Below, in pieces: positions 42,809-53,697 of a stretch of 64,000 bases of DNA. The DNA is from Candidatus Marinacidobacterales bacterium (GTDB taxonomy: Bacteria; Acidobacteriota; Vicinamibacteria; Marinacidobacterales; SMYC01), in NCBI GenBank assembly GCA_965237955.1, contig OZ250169.1, positions 3,136,001-3,200,000 of the forward strand, given 5' to 3'. A program made the position numbers and the translations under genes. The notes under the pieces were generated by a model that ran no database searches, had not been told where the DNA came from, and was given only the letters and a program-made list of their open reading frames with translations. Each line of letters opens with the position of its first letter. The first letter of the stretch is position 1.

Positions 42809-45800
42809 GGGCCGGCGACAAAATAAGTTCCCGTTTTCAAGACGGTCGGATGGTGTAGTTCCATTTGGGTAGAGTCTGGTCCTTTGTAACGGAAAGCGCC
42901 TGCATCCGCTCGTCAGTGATTTTGACGCCCTTCGGATAACGACGCCGGATAAGGTGTGCGCGTACTCGCAAACCGGAAGAGGTGGTGGTCGTGCGGATGT
43001 ATTTGAGGATGGTTTCGTAGCTGTCGAGAGGCCTGCCCGCCCAGTTCTTGCTGATCTCGCTGAACAGACGGTGCTCCACTGGATTCCACTTGGATGTACC
43101 GGACGGATAGTGGGCTATGGTGATAGCGATGTCGTGGCGATTGCAAATCCGCGTTTGAAGCCCGTGCTTCCAACCCCGACACCGATAGCCATTGCTGCCC
43201 CCGGCGTCTGCCAATATCGCGAGGTCACGGTGTTTCGGTTCAGCTGGAACATGACAGTCCTGAAGTTAAAATACGCACATGGAAAAAGGAGCTGTCATGA
43301 GCAAAGGTCGTCGTCGTCACACTGCGGAGCAAAAGGCAGAGCTGTTGCGCCAGCACGTTGCCGAGAAAAAGCCGGTCTCGGAGGTATGCAACGAGGCAGA
43401 AATCCAGCCGAGCCTGTTCTACACATGGCAAAGGGAGCTATTGGCTGGAGCCCATACGGTGTTTTCGTTCCGTCGTGCGCCGAGCCGTGAGAAGGAGCTA
43501 GAGGAGAAGCTCTCCCGTCTCGAGGCGAAGGTGGCCCGTAAGGATCAGATCATCGCTGAGGTGACCGAAGAGTACGTGACACTCAAAAAAAACTTGGGGA
43601 AGCCTGAGTGGTGCCTGGATTCCCCATGACCGTCGTGACGAGGTTGTCGACTTCGTGAACACAATCGCCACCAAGACCCAGCTTCCGGTCCAGCAGATCG
43701 TTCAGTGGTGCGGGATCGCTCGGGGCAAGTTCTACGACTGGCGCAAGCGGTACGGGAAGGTGAATGAGCACAACGGCCTGGTGCTGCGGGATCACTGGAC
43801 CGAAGAATGGGAGCGCCAGTCCGTGATCGACTACTTCGACTGCCACCCACTGGACGGGTATCGCCGACTCACGTTCATGATGCTGGACGAAGACGTGGTG
43901 GCAGTTAGCCCCTCGACGACGTACCGGGTGTTGTCGAAGGCGGGTCGTCTGGACCGTTGGAACCCGAAGCCGTCGAAGAAGGGAACGGGCTTCGTTCAGC
44001 CGCTGCGAGCGCACCAGCACTGGCACACGGATATCTCGTACTTGAACCTGGGTGGGACGTTCTACTACCTCTGCTCGTTTCTGGATGGTGCGAGCCGCGC
44101 GGTGGTTCACTGGGAGATTCGTGAGTCGATGACGGAAGCGGATGTGGAGTGCATCTTGGAGCGAGCAAAGGAGCGGTACCCCGATGCGCGGCCTCGAATC
44201 ATCTCGGACAACGGTCCGCAGTACATCGCGAAGGACTTCAAGGCATTCATCCGCATCTCAGGGATGACGCACGTGAGGACCGCGCCGTACTACCCGCAAT
44301 CGAACGGGAAGATCGAGCGTTGGCACAAGACGATAAAATCGGACGCCCTGCGTCCTGCCAGCCCCACGAGCCTCGAAGAGGCTCGCCGCTTGATGGAACG
44401 ATTCGTCGAATATTACAACGGGGTTCGCCTGCACAGCGCGATCGGCTACATTGCGCCGCTGGACTTCATGGATGGCAAGGCCACCCAGATCTGGTCGGAG
44501 CGAGACCGCAAACTCGAGCAGGCTCGGAAGCTGCGGCGTGAGCGCCGTGCGAACAAGGTGCCCGCATGAACACTCTGATCCCAGGAGCCCCACTCCGTTC
44601 CCTCTCGCCCACAAGCATTGAGTACCAGAGAGCGCAGGGGGCGTCAAGGGCGGCGAAGCCGGCGCGCGCAGCGCGCTTTACCCTTGACGCCCCCGAGCAC
44701 TCTGGTACGATCCCTGGGGCGATAGGGGACATCCTGCCGCCGGGCGTTGCGTTAACGTCCAACCTCGCTGTCATCTTCACGCTGAACCAATACAACGGGC
44801 TGCAGGATAGCGTCGCCGTCCTTCCGTTCGCCACCACTTCTCGATGGCATTCACGGCGAAGTCCGGGGTGTTGTACGAGGTACCAATGAACACTGTCCCG
44901 CGGTTCGCGAGCAGATCGTAGACGCCGTAGGGGATTGCGATGCCGTTCGATTCGGAACGGAAGTCATGGTCTTTGACGAGAGTCGGCTCGCGGTTCCAGG
45001 CCTGCCCGCCGTTTTTGAATAATCCCACCAGCTCCCGTTTCTTCGTGTCTACGCTGATGATGGGATGACCAGCTGCGGCAAAACGCTCGCGCAGTTCGGC
45101 GATACACGCGAATTGGGTATCGCGATCTTCGGACGTGGCACCGCACAGCTTCTTGTGGTTCACCCGCAACGAGAAGCCGAGCTGTTTGAGCAGTCGACCG
45201 ACGGTTTTGCTGCTGACGTTCACACCGAGGCTTCTTAGCTCGCAAGCAATCTTGTCGGTGGTCCGCCGCGTCCATTTCACTCCCGTCATCGGATCGCCCG
45301 CGGTGTCGTGCTTCATGAGTTCTTCGATCTTGGCGATGACTTCTGGCGTTTTTTTTGCACGGCGCGCCGTCCGCCACCCTTTCGCCGAACTCCGTCGAGC
45401 TCAACATCTCTCATTAGCAATTCCCTACGACCTCTGGCTACCGTGCTCGGATCCATCCCGAGCAGTTCGGCAATCTGTTGGTCGCCACCGTGACCGAGCT
45501 TCATGGCCTCGACTCCCGCGTAGAGACGGCGCTGCTTTTCATCGAGCAGGCTGTAGAAAAGAACGATCGCAGCCTTCAACTCCACGGGGAGCACGCGGAC
45601 TCCCCCGACCCAGCCCAACGTGGAAGGTGACGCCTCATGTACCTGGCGGGCCGAGAGCTGTTGCTTGCGCGTGCTCACATCGGTGGCCAGATACAGATAT
45701 CGGCCGAACACCTGCTCGCGCGCCAATCTTTTCTCTCGGACCAGTTTCAACAGAGGAGCCTTGACGTCAACCTGCACCACGTCCTCGAGCTCGTCGACGT

Positions 45801-46302
45801 AGTAGCCTGCCTCACAGGCCGCGACCAACGCTTTTACCGTCGCAAGCAACGTCCCGTACTTCGAGAACCACACTGAGCGCAACGACCAAAGACCTTTTCG
45901 ATCGAACTGGGCGATCTCGTCCAACGTGTAGTAGCTACCACGGTGGGAGTAGCTTGTCCGATACGCCAACTCATTGAGCTTTCGGAAGACGGTCGAGTCC
46001 ACATCGGTACCCAACACTGCCTTCAAATCATCGAGGGTAGCTATTTTGTGCTTCCTCAACAGGCGGTCGAGATCTTCAGACTGATAGCTCGTAGGTCTCA
46101 TAATAGGAGAAGTGCTCCTTGATAGGCGTAATCCTACCTAAAATGAGGACCGTTTGCCAAACACGCGCTGGTTGCTGAAGATCTACAAATGTTCCGTTTC
46201 TAGGGAGCTTGCCAGGCTCTCGTGATGCCAGACGACATCGCGATCACGACCTGAAACAGGAAGAGTGTGCTCAAAACTAGACAGTTATTTTGTCGGCGGC
46301 CC
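42809..46302 (-). mobile_element. ISAzo13-family element (ORFs 45313-46101, ~44799-45316, 42837-~43226), interrupted by IS3
   Basis: TIR GGGCCG(G/C)CGACAAAATAA, TTA TSD. Motifs ISVDTKKRELVG, DHDF, ADAGGSNG, SKWNPVEHRLFS. A-run frameshift site at ~45350. Confidence 0.92.
43231..44794 (+). mobile_element. IS3-family element (orfA ~43297-43609, orfB to 44569)
   Basis: TG...CA TIRs (TGTTTCGGTTCAGC / GCTGAACCAATACA), 4-bp TSD ACGG. Motifs WHTDI, SDNGPQY, SNGKIERW. A8 run at 43585-43592. Confidence 0.95.
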
Positions 46303-46595
46303 TTAGTTACGGGCTGGATCGCACCAGTGTTGAGTCGGCCTCGGTTCCCGGATGCTCCCGCTATTGTATGAAACGGACGCTCCGTGCAGCACTGGAGTTT
46401 CTACCCAGATAGATCGCGAGCCCTGCGCGTACGATGCTTAGTTGCGGAAGCACCATAAATTCTGCTAAAGTACTCTACTTGTACTGACTTAGTTGACCGG
46501 CAAGCCATCGTCAGGTGTCAGGGGGACCGTCTGCCCGACTGGCTGAGCTGAATGCCCAAAAAGCTTTGACCTGGACTGAAAAGGAGCGCAAGAGC

Positions 46596-47093
46596 ATGAA
46601 GAAGATTATCTCTACAGTGTTTGTATTATTGACATCCATGAGTATGGCAAACGCCGACCAGTATTTGCAGGCATCCTCAACGATTACCCAGTGCCCCGGC
46701 AATGCACCCGTGGTCGTTAAAATGGATGTCACGGATGCAGCCAATGGCCTTGCCCTAAAAGACAACAAAATCACTGTAAGTGAAGCCGGACCCTATCTGA
46801 TAGTCGCTGCACCCCAAGTGGGACGCGAAGGTGGAGGACCCTATGGTTGCTTCGATTTATGGCTGCGTGTTAATGGAGATGATGTAGCGAACTCCAACGT
46901 ACAGCTGTGTCAGGATGCCGACAGCAGGGCGAAAGACGTCATCATATCGCAGGGAATCGTCCCACTGAAGGCGGGTGATGTTGTAGAAGTCATGATGTCA
47001 GCTAATAATTCAGAGGCGAACCTATGCATTGAAGCTATCCAGCCGGCCGGTGAACCATTGGTGCCTTCGATCATTTTCTCGATGATCAAGTAG
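46596..47093 (+). CDS. secreted hypothetical protein, possible C1q/TNF-like jelly-roll
   Basis: AAGGAG RBS, signal peptide MKKII..ANA, ITVSEAGPYLI, LWLRVNG, LKAGDVVEV. Confidence 0.75.
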   Translation: MKKIISTVFVLLTSMSMANADQYLQASSTITQCPGNAPVVVKMDVTDAANGLALKDNKITVSEAGPYLIVAAPQVGREGGGPYGCFDLWLRVNGDDVANSNVQLCQDADSRAKDVIISQGIVPLKAGDVVEVMMSANNSEANLCIEAIQPAGEPLVPSIIFSMIK

Positions 47094-47329
47094 TAAGATT
47101 TGTGTAGAAGTTGAGAAATTCTCCGACGAAGGTGCCGCTGGGTGTACCAGCGCCAAGCCTCGGGCATCAAGGCCCTCCTCTTGGTCTGATTGGCAATCCT
47201 CTTCCGCCGCGCCAGTTGCGACACCCATTTTCGGGTCGTTACATCGAGGTCGCCAAGCGACCGTTCGAGTCCGGGCTCAGCGATGCGCGGTGCCCCGACG
47301 AGGTCTTTAACCAAGTCGAGTCAGAGGAA

Positions 47330-47760
47330 GAGCATGACTTCGTGCGTACTTGGGTAACAGATAGGTTCCGGTTTCGAAGAGGAAGCGTGTTCGTGGGGCT
47401 GGCCACCCTACTAACAATAATGATTCCAGAAGGTGCTGAATCCCAACGCCTGGCTGGAAACCTCACCGGCAGGGTCGTAGATCCGGTCGGGGAAGCGATC
47501 ATGGGAGCGGTCGTCACTATTAACAGCCCGGATTAACAGCCCGGCGCTCATCACACCGGATCTCTCGACTGAGACGAACGAGCGCGGAGACTTCCGGTTT
47601 GCGAGTCTGGAACCGGGTGTCTACGAGGTGAAGGCGGAGCTTCCCGGCTTTGGAGCAGTGATACAGGAGAACGTGCGCATCAACGTTGGCGCGACCACCG
47701 AGCTCGCCATGGAGTTACTGCCGCAAATCGGCGAGGCTCTGCTCGTTACCGCGGAGCCTG
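47330..47760 (+). pseudogene. N-terminal fragment of a TonB-receptor-like gene (carboxypeptidase-regulatory domain)
   Basis: LTGRVVDPVGEAIMGAVVTINSP...TNERGDFRFASLEPGVYEVKAELPGF. Broken by a 13-bp duplication and truncated by a MITE. Confidence 0.75.
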
Positions 47761-47761
47761 T

Positions 47762-47855
47762 TGTGATCCGCAAAAAAGAAGACCGGCGCGAAGCAGCCGA
47801 TCATGGCAGGTCTAAACCGTGCAATCAACGCTGGATCGACTTTTTGCGGAGCACA
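47762..47855. mobile_element. ~95-bp MITE (inverted homolog of 8406-8499)
   Basis: TGTGATCCGCAAAAAA ... TTTTTGCGGAGCACA. Confidence 0.7.
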
Positions 47856-48098
47856 GGTCTTTCAGGCGTCCAGGAGGTTGAGGTTGCCATCGAGAGAAGC
47901 CGATTGAAGCCCAATTCGAAATTCCGGCTCGAACGACCACCCGTCGATGAGGCGTGCGGGGACCAGCACGTGACGGCAGCCGTTAAATCACTGTAGAAAA
48001 ATAGGATAGAACGACATTGGTACCAGGGTTGAAACCCGAGAGCGCGTAAAAAAGCATCGCGGAACTCGAAAAACTCCCGTATATGGGCCGCAAAAGCC

Positions 48099-49447
48099 CG
48101 TCGTGTCCAAAAACACAAACGAACTCAAGCCCCACGGGCCGGGACGTTTCGGATTAGAGGTGTCTAGGCTTGGTTCGCCAATGGAAGCTAGAATCCTCAG
48201 TCATGAGCACGCTGATCCAGCCCTTGACATTGTTGGTGGTTGCCATCGCTGGTTGGGTCCAGCGTGACCAACAGGCCGCTATCGTCTACTTGCTTGAGGA
48301 GAACAGAGTCCTCAAAGCTCGGCTTCGCGGGAGGAAGCTTCGCCTCACGGACGACGAGCGACGTCGGCTTGCGGTAAAGGGTAAGGCGCTTGGCCGGAAA
48401 CTCTTGGCCGAAGTCGCCGGTATCGTCACACCGGAAACCCTGCTGGCTTGGCACCGAAGGCTCATTGCGGGGAAGTGGGACTACAGCGCGCGGCGGAAAC
48501 AGCTTGGACGGCCCCGGGTCATGGCCGAGATTAGCGAGCTCGTGGTGGGAATGGCGACGTCGAATCCGAAGTGGGGATATACACGAATTCGCGGCGCCCT
48601 CTCGAATCTAGGTCATACCGTAGCCAGGAGCACCATCGCCAATATTCTGCGGGAACACGGCATCGAGCCCGCGCCGGAGCGAGGTGAGCGGACGCCGTGG
48701 CGCACGTTTCTCACCGCCCATTGGGAAACCGTTGCTGCGACCGACTTCTTCACCGTCGAGGTCGCCACGGTCCGCAGGCTCGTAACCTACTATGTGCTCG
48801 TCGTCATCGAGCTCTCTTCGCGAAAAGTGCACATTGCCGGAATCACTCCCGGTCCGGACGGCGCGTTCATGATGCAGGTCGGTCGGAATCTCACCGACCC
48901 GCTCGACGGCTTTCTGCGCGGCAAGCGATTCCTCATTCTGGACCGCGACAAGAAGTTCACCACGGAGTTTCGCAACTTGCTCGAGCAGGCCGGAACTGAC
49001 GTCATTCGGCTGCCGTACCGTTCGCCGAATCTGAACGCTTACGTCGAAAGGTTTGTTTTGTCGATCAAAAGCGAGTGCCTGGATCGGATGATCTTCTTCG
49101 GTGAACAATCGCTGCGGCGGGCAGTCGTCGAATTCTGTCGTCACTATCATGCAGAGCGAAATCATCAGGGTTTGGAAAACGCGTTGATCGAAGCGGACGA
49201 GCGCGTGGGCAGTCTCGCCGGGAATGTGCAATGTCGTAAACGATTGGGCGGCTTGCTCAGTTATTACCACCGCGACGCCGCATAGGAGTTCGGGCGCGCA
49301 AGCTGGACGTAACGGGTGGTCTGGAGGAGAGGTCTGCTCGGGATCGCCTATCGTAGACCCAGTGCCGCGTCGGCTGGTCTCCGCAAATTTCGAGAACGCC
49401 TCTAGGATTCGAGCTTTCCGCTCCGTTCTCGTTTTCGGACACGATGC
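48099..49447 (+). mobile_element. rve-integrase (IS481/IS3-like DDE) element; transposase 48203-49285
   Basis: Intact ORF with ATDFF, ILDRD, NAYVERF. Ends CGTCGTGTCCAAAAAC and GTTTTCGGACACGATG. Confidence 0.9.
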
Positions 49448-50066
49448 GATCCGGCGTTGATTGCGCGGTTTAGACTTGCCACGATCGGCTGCTCCGTACC
49501 GGTCGACCCGACGATGCCGCCGGCGTCTTATCAACGTAGAGAGGCTCGTTCTTGCGACTGTTTTCGAATATCTAGCCTATTGTCCTGGACGCCGGGGCTG
49601 ACCCTAGGCGGTCGTGGAGATCCTCGCCAACTCGAAATTGCGTCGGTGGCCCGGCGGCGACAGCGTTCAGAATTTCCACCGCGTCGAAGACGAATTCGCA
49701 GGACGTCGCTCTCATGGCTGTCTGCCCATTGATACGCGATCTTCTTTTTTGCGGATCACACCCGCTTGCCAACACGATCGACTTGGGAAAGCGGCCTCGG
49801 CCATTCCTCTGGTAGGTCGTGGTATTTAGAGCAGCTTTAGCAATTGGAGGAAGACGTTATGTCGACGTTATCCCCCTTCAGCATCGTATAAAACGGCTTC
49901 ACACGTCAGCCATTGCCTGGCGGTCGGTGACGCTGTCGGGACGACCGTGGAGTTCCAGCTACGCGGACAGTTCAATCCGCTGTCCGACATGGTGGGGGAG
50001 GCGGGCCGTGTCAACGTCATCGCGCACCGCTGCATAGAGTTGGCGCGGTCCCGCCCGAACCGCGCC

Positions 50067-50827
50067 TTACTTGAACCTGCGAGCTGCTTCCCGCAAGTCG
50101 ATGATCTTGTTGACCCGTTCCATCGTCGGTTCGCGCCCCAATTTCTGAAGAAAGGCTCTGGCAACGCTCAAGTCAGTAATAGGGAAACTACCACTTGGAT
50201 CTACGAACGAGTCAATGTACTTGCACGGCTTCTACAAGCTGCTTGGCATAGCACAGAAACGCTCGGGCTCGTGGCCGGACAATGACAAGATTTGCGATCT
50301 CCTCGTCCAGCAGCTTGACGCTGATGGTGTTCAGAACAGTATGTACGGCATCCAACGCCGCCGTTACCTGCTGCAAACTGGCGGGGACCAGCGGTTCGGC
50401 GTTGGGAGTTATCGCTCCGGCCAGATCCGTATGGCTGATGCGTTGGTTCCTCCATGGGCGCGCGAATTCGGCGGCTTCAACGGCAGTATCGATCCTGCTC
50501 CGCACTGCGCTACGCAGTGCCTGCTCCTCGCAGAACTCGGACAGCTTCCTGACTGTCAGGTTGTTCTTGCTGCCAGTCTGGATAGGGTCGGTCATCCTGC
50601 ACAGGCGCAGCATTAAGTCATTCCAGAAGATGTGCTGGACATCCCAGATGAATCCGCCGCCGCTGATGGCGTTCAGAAGTCCAACGTCTTCAGCGTTGCT
50701 GAATAACTCCCGGAACTCGTCGGACCTCATCTTGCCCGCCGCCCACTCATTCCGAAGGCCGTCAAACACAGTGCCGAACTCCACGCCAAGCTTCTCCTGA
50801 TATTCCTGCCTAATTTTTGTCGCTCAT
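50067..50827 (-). pseudogene. HEPN (AbiU2-like) protein with two apparent 1-nt frameshifts
   Basis: Core 50212-50784 has LMLRLCRMTD...NLTV...WRNQRISH (R-x5-H). It is extendable to MSDKIRQEYQEKLG and ...EAARRFK* by single-base corrections. Confidence 0.7.
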
Positions 50828-50970
50828 CTATTTCCTAGCGCGCCGCTCCCGTGAGGTCCAAATATTCATGCGGCTTCCCGATGGTAGAAACGGAGCAACC
50901 CGCCGGACGCCTCTGCCGCCCGGAGATCAGACACACGCGGGCGGGCCGCCAGGAGTAGAATACGCCGGTC

Positions 50971-51465
50971 ATGACAACCGACCCGGACCGGAAACACCGC
51001 GTCAACTTCGCCTCCGTCATCGCTGACATCAACAGGGCCTACGAGCAGTTGCTTGGCATGGAACCGGTCCGCGCGGACGCGCACCGGTTCCCGGTTCCCG
51101 CAGCCGCTGGCGTCTACCTCCTCAGTGAGTCGAACGAGCACCTCTACGTGGGCAGGTCGCGCAACCTGCGCCGGCGCCTGCGCGATCATAGCAGCCCATC
51201 GGCGCAACGTCAGGCAACGCTCGCGATCAAGATCGCGCGCAACGAGACCCGACATGACAAGCCGACGTACCAGCCCGCCGGCAGCACGGCCGACCTGCTC
51301 GCCAACTCGTCCGCTTTCAGGGCCTCGTTTGACGAAGCGAAGGCGCGCATCCGCGCTATGCAGGTCCGCTATGTCGAGGAACGCGATCCGGTACGTCAGG
51401 CTCTGTTGGAGATCTACACCGCCGTGGAGCTCCGTGCCTCCTACAACAGTTTCGAGACGACCTGA
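50971..51465 (+). CDS. GIY-YIG nuclease-family protein
   Basis: GVYLLS..HLYVGRSRNLRRRLRDH...LLEIY...YN. AGGAG RBS. Confidence 0.88.
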   Translation: MTTDPDRKHRVNFASVIADINRAYEQLLGMEPVRADAHRFPVPAAAGVYLLSESNEHLYVGRSRNLRRRLRDHSSPSAQRQATLAIKIARNETRHDKPTYQPAGSTADLLANSSAFRASFDEAKARIRAMQVRYVEERDPVRQALLEIYTAVELRASYNSFETT

Positions 51466-51550
51466 ATGGAAGCTCCGACCGACCTTCCGAGGCGAGGTCC
51501 AATTCCCGCGCAACGACCGCTCGCGGTCGACACGATTCCCGGTCTCAACT

Positions 51551-52241
51551 GGCGTTGTTGCACGGCCCGGAGCAAATCGCTGACCTCCCTGTGCCGGTCG
51601 GAGAGTCACCCGGCGCAGTAAGTATCGGGCATGCCGAGCGCGGTCATCTTGTTGAGTATCTCGCACCCAATTCGGTGTTCAACTCGTTGCCTCGCCAACG
51701 TTCGAGTCCGCATCTCGGGCCCCATGATCGCCTTGTAACGATAGACCGCGTTCTCCACCATGCTTCGCTCGGTGCAGCCTGAGAGCTTGTACCATTCACG
51801 TCGGCCGTGTCTTTCGATTGCACGAATATGGCGGTCGCGTTCCCGCATGGCGGTGTTCGAATTCTGACTGAGCGTGGCGTTTCGTTGCGGCGGAATCACC
51901 ACGCGCGTCCTTCGTCCAGGGCTGTGCGCTTCGATGGCTTCGTAGACCGCTTCCTTGTCGTATGCACTGTCCGCCGCCACCGACGCTATAGGTGCTTGAA
52001 TCTGTGTTAGCAAAGGGGGGACTCGCGTTGCGTCGCGAGCTCGTGACGCCGTCAGTTCGGACGCAACAATGTTGCCGGTCTTGCGATCAACGGCGATGTG
52101 CAACTTGCGCCAGGCGCGCTGCTTTGGCGGTTTGCGGGTGGTTCCAACATGAATCCTCAAGCCCGTGCTATCGATCATCAGGTGGATTGGTTGATTGCTT
52201 GCGGCTTTCCGAATCCGCAGCTTCTTGCGGATGCTCACCAC
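51551..52241 (-). pseudogene. second IS5-family transposase, 5'-truncated
   Basis: IDSTGL, WRKLHIA, ADSAYD, RSMVEN..RYK, ILNKMTALGMP. TIR-like GGCGTTGTTGCAC at 51551. Confidence 0.88.
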
Positions 52242-52462
52242 TCGCGAACTACCTCTACCTTGAGACCCACTCCATCCACTTCCAGGTAGTACCGTCCGTT
52301 TTGCTCAACGACGCGGGCTTGCGGCCTGTAGGCGTAGTGATAGTGGTACCGATACTCGTTCTGCCGCCACTTTGTTCTGCTGGAGGAGAACGTGAACATC
52401 CTGTCAGTGTTCTCAAATCCCTCGAAATCGCCATCAAGCTGACCTTGCTCAATGATCCGCAT
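52235..52462 (-). CDS. small hypothetical protein
   Basis: GAGGAG RBS and pattern DGDFEGF...W.Q.EY.Y.YHYAYRP...LEVDGV, recalled from conserved hypothetical proteins. Confidence 0.65.
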   Translation of the reverse strand: MRIIEQGQLDGDFEGFENTDRMFTFSSSRTKWRQNEYRYHYHYAYRPQARVVEQNGRYYLEVDGVGLKVEVVREW

Positions 52463-52474
52463 CCGACATCTCCT

Positions 52475-52780
52475 CTATGGCAATTGCGATCGCACGGCAG
52501 AATCCAGCCGCCTGTGGATCAGCAAGATTGTCGTTAGGATGTCGAGAGCGTCCTGCTCGGTAACCTTCCAGTGAATCTTCGGCACATGCGCGGTCGTATT
52601 GCGAAATGCCCCGAACAGGCCTTTGATCAGATTCATGAAGACGATATGCTCGCTGGGCGTCGTCAGAGAGTTGAACGCCAGGCGCGGAATACCTGATTTC
52701 CCGATCCCCAGCGCTTCACCGACGAGTGAGACCCCGTCTGACACGAGCCCGGTCTTCTCGCGAAGCTTCTCAGCAACGCT
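52475..52780 (-). pseudogene. TIGR02391 (Ymh-like HEPN) C-terminal fragment
   Basis: LREKTGL..DG..LV...LAFNSL...FMNLIKGLFGAFRNTTAH.PK...EQDALDIL..IHRRLD. Confidence 0.75.
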
Positions 52781-52784
52781 CTTC

Positions 52785-53036
52785 TTACTGCTTCGCTGTC
52801 TTCTTCGCCTTTTCCGCCGCTTTGGCTTCCCGCACCTTCGCCTTCTCCGCCGCTTTGGCCTTGTCTTTCCGCACCCTTAGCCACGCCCGGACCTCCCCCA
52901 GACGGAATTGAGACGCCACGCCGCGCCCTCTAGTGTGGACCGGCATCCCAGACCGCTCCCATTTTGTTACCATCTGTTTATCGACGCCCAAATGCTCGGC
53001 TAGTTCCGACCGCGTCAACACTCGCGCTTTTGCCAT
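52785..53036 (-). CDS. small wHTH protein (lambda Nu1/excisionase-like) with Lys/Ala-rich tail
   Basis: GGAGGAG RBS. LTRSELAEHLGVDKQMVTKWERSGMP...EVRAWL followed by KAKAAEKAK repeats. Confidence 0.75.
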   Translation of the reverse strand: MAKARVLTRSELAEHLGVDKQMVTKWERSGMPVHTRGRGVASQFRLGEVRAWLRVRKDKAKAAEKAKVREAKAAEKAKKTAKQ

Positions 53037-53544
53037 AGTTCTCCTCCAAATGGCACTGTCCCCTTCTGCATTGAAAGACGCTCCCAGGGTACTACGGTTT
53101 CCCCTTGAACGAAGGATTCTAATTCGCTGCAATAATCCCCAGCTGATTCCGTTGCAACAGGGATGTTTATACATGCATTTTACATACTTTCTCTAACCTA
53201 GCCACGAGGCGGGCTGATCCAGCCTCGACCGGGAATGGCATTGTCAAGTTAGACGGCATCCCAACGGTCTGCGTGCAGAAGGCGATCGGCTATGCCTTCC
53301 TGGCGCCCTCATGGGATAATTACCGCGGCGCTTTCGTCCCAATTATTCTGACGACGTACACGTCGAAAGGCACGAAAGAAGTACTCGGACGAGGAGAAGA
53401 TCCGGATCGTGTTGGGAAGGGCTGCGAGGCGAAGAGAGCATTGCAGCCCCTGTGCTGGCGAGAAGGGATCTCATCGAATCTGTATTAGCGGTGGAGCAAG
53501 GAGTTTCTCGAGCTGCGGCATCTAGAATCTCCCTTTTGTGCGTC

Positions 53545-53697
53545 CGCGTGATGGGGGTCACGGATCCACTCAGCCAGAACGTGCCCTTGGAGGACGTGCA
53601 GTACCTGGCCGGACACTCTGAACCCCGGACCACACAAATCTATGACCGGCGTAGACGGCGCGTCACTCGCAACATCGTGGAGAGTATCTCGATATGA
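53545..53697 (+). pseudogene. tyrosine recombinase C-terminal fragment
   Basis: LEDVQYLAGHSEPRTTQIYDRR (box II His and catalytic Tyr). Confidence 0.8.

Larger units (their letters stand above)
41780..46438 (-). mobile_element. IS110 copy with internal deletion, carrying nested ISAzo13 and IS3
   Basis: Transposase remnants 41781-42696. CT cores at 41778-41779 and 46437-46438. The non-coding end is split at 42808/46303. Confidence 0.9.

Noticed and set aside
35422-53036. Prophage, based on the Nu1-like genes
   Set aside because: No terminase large subunit, portal, capsid or tail genes are present.
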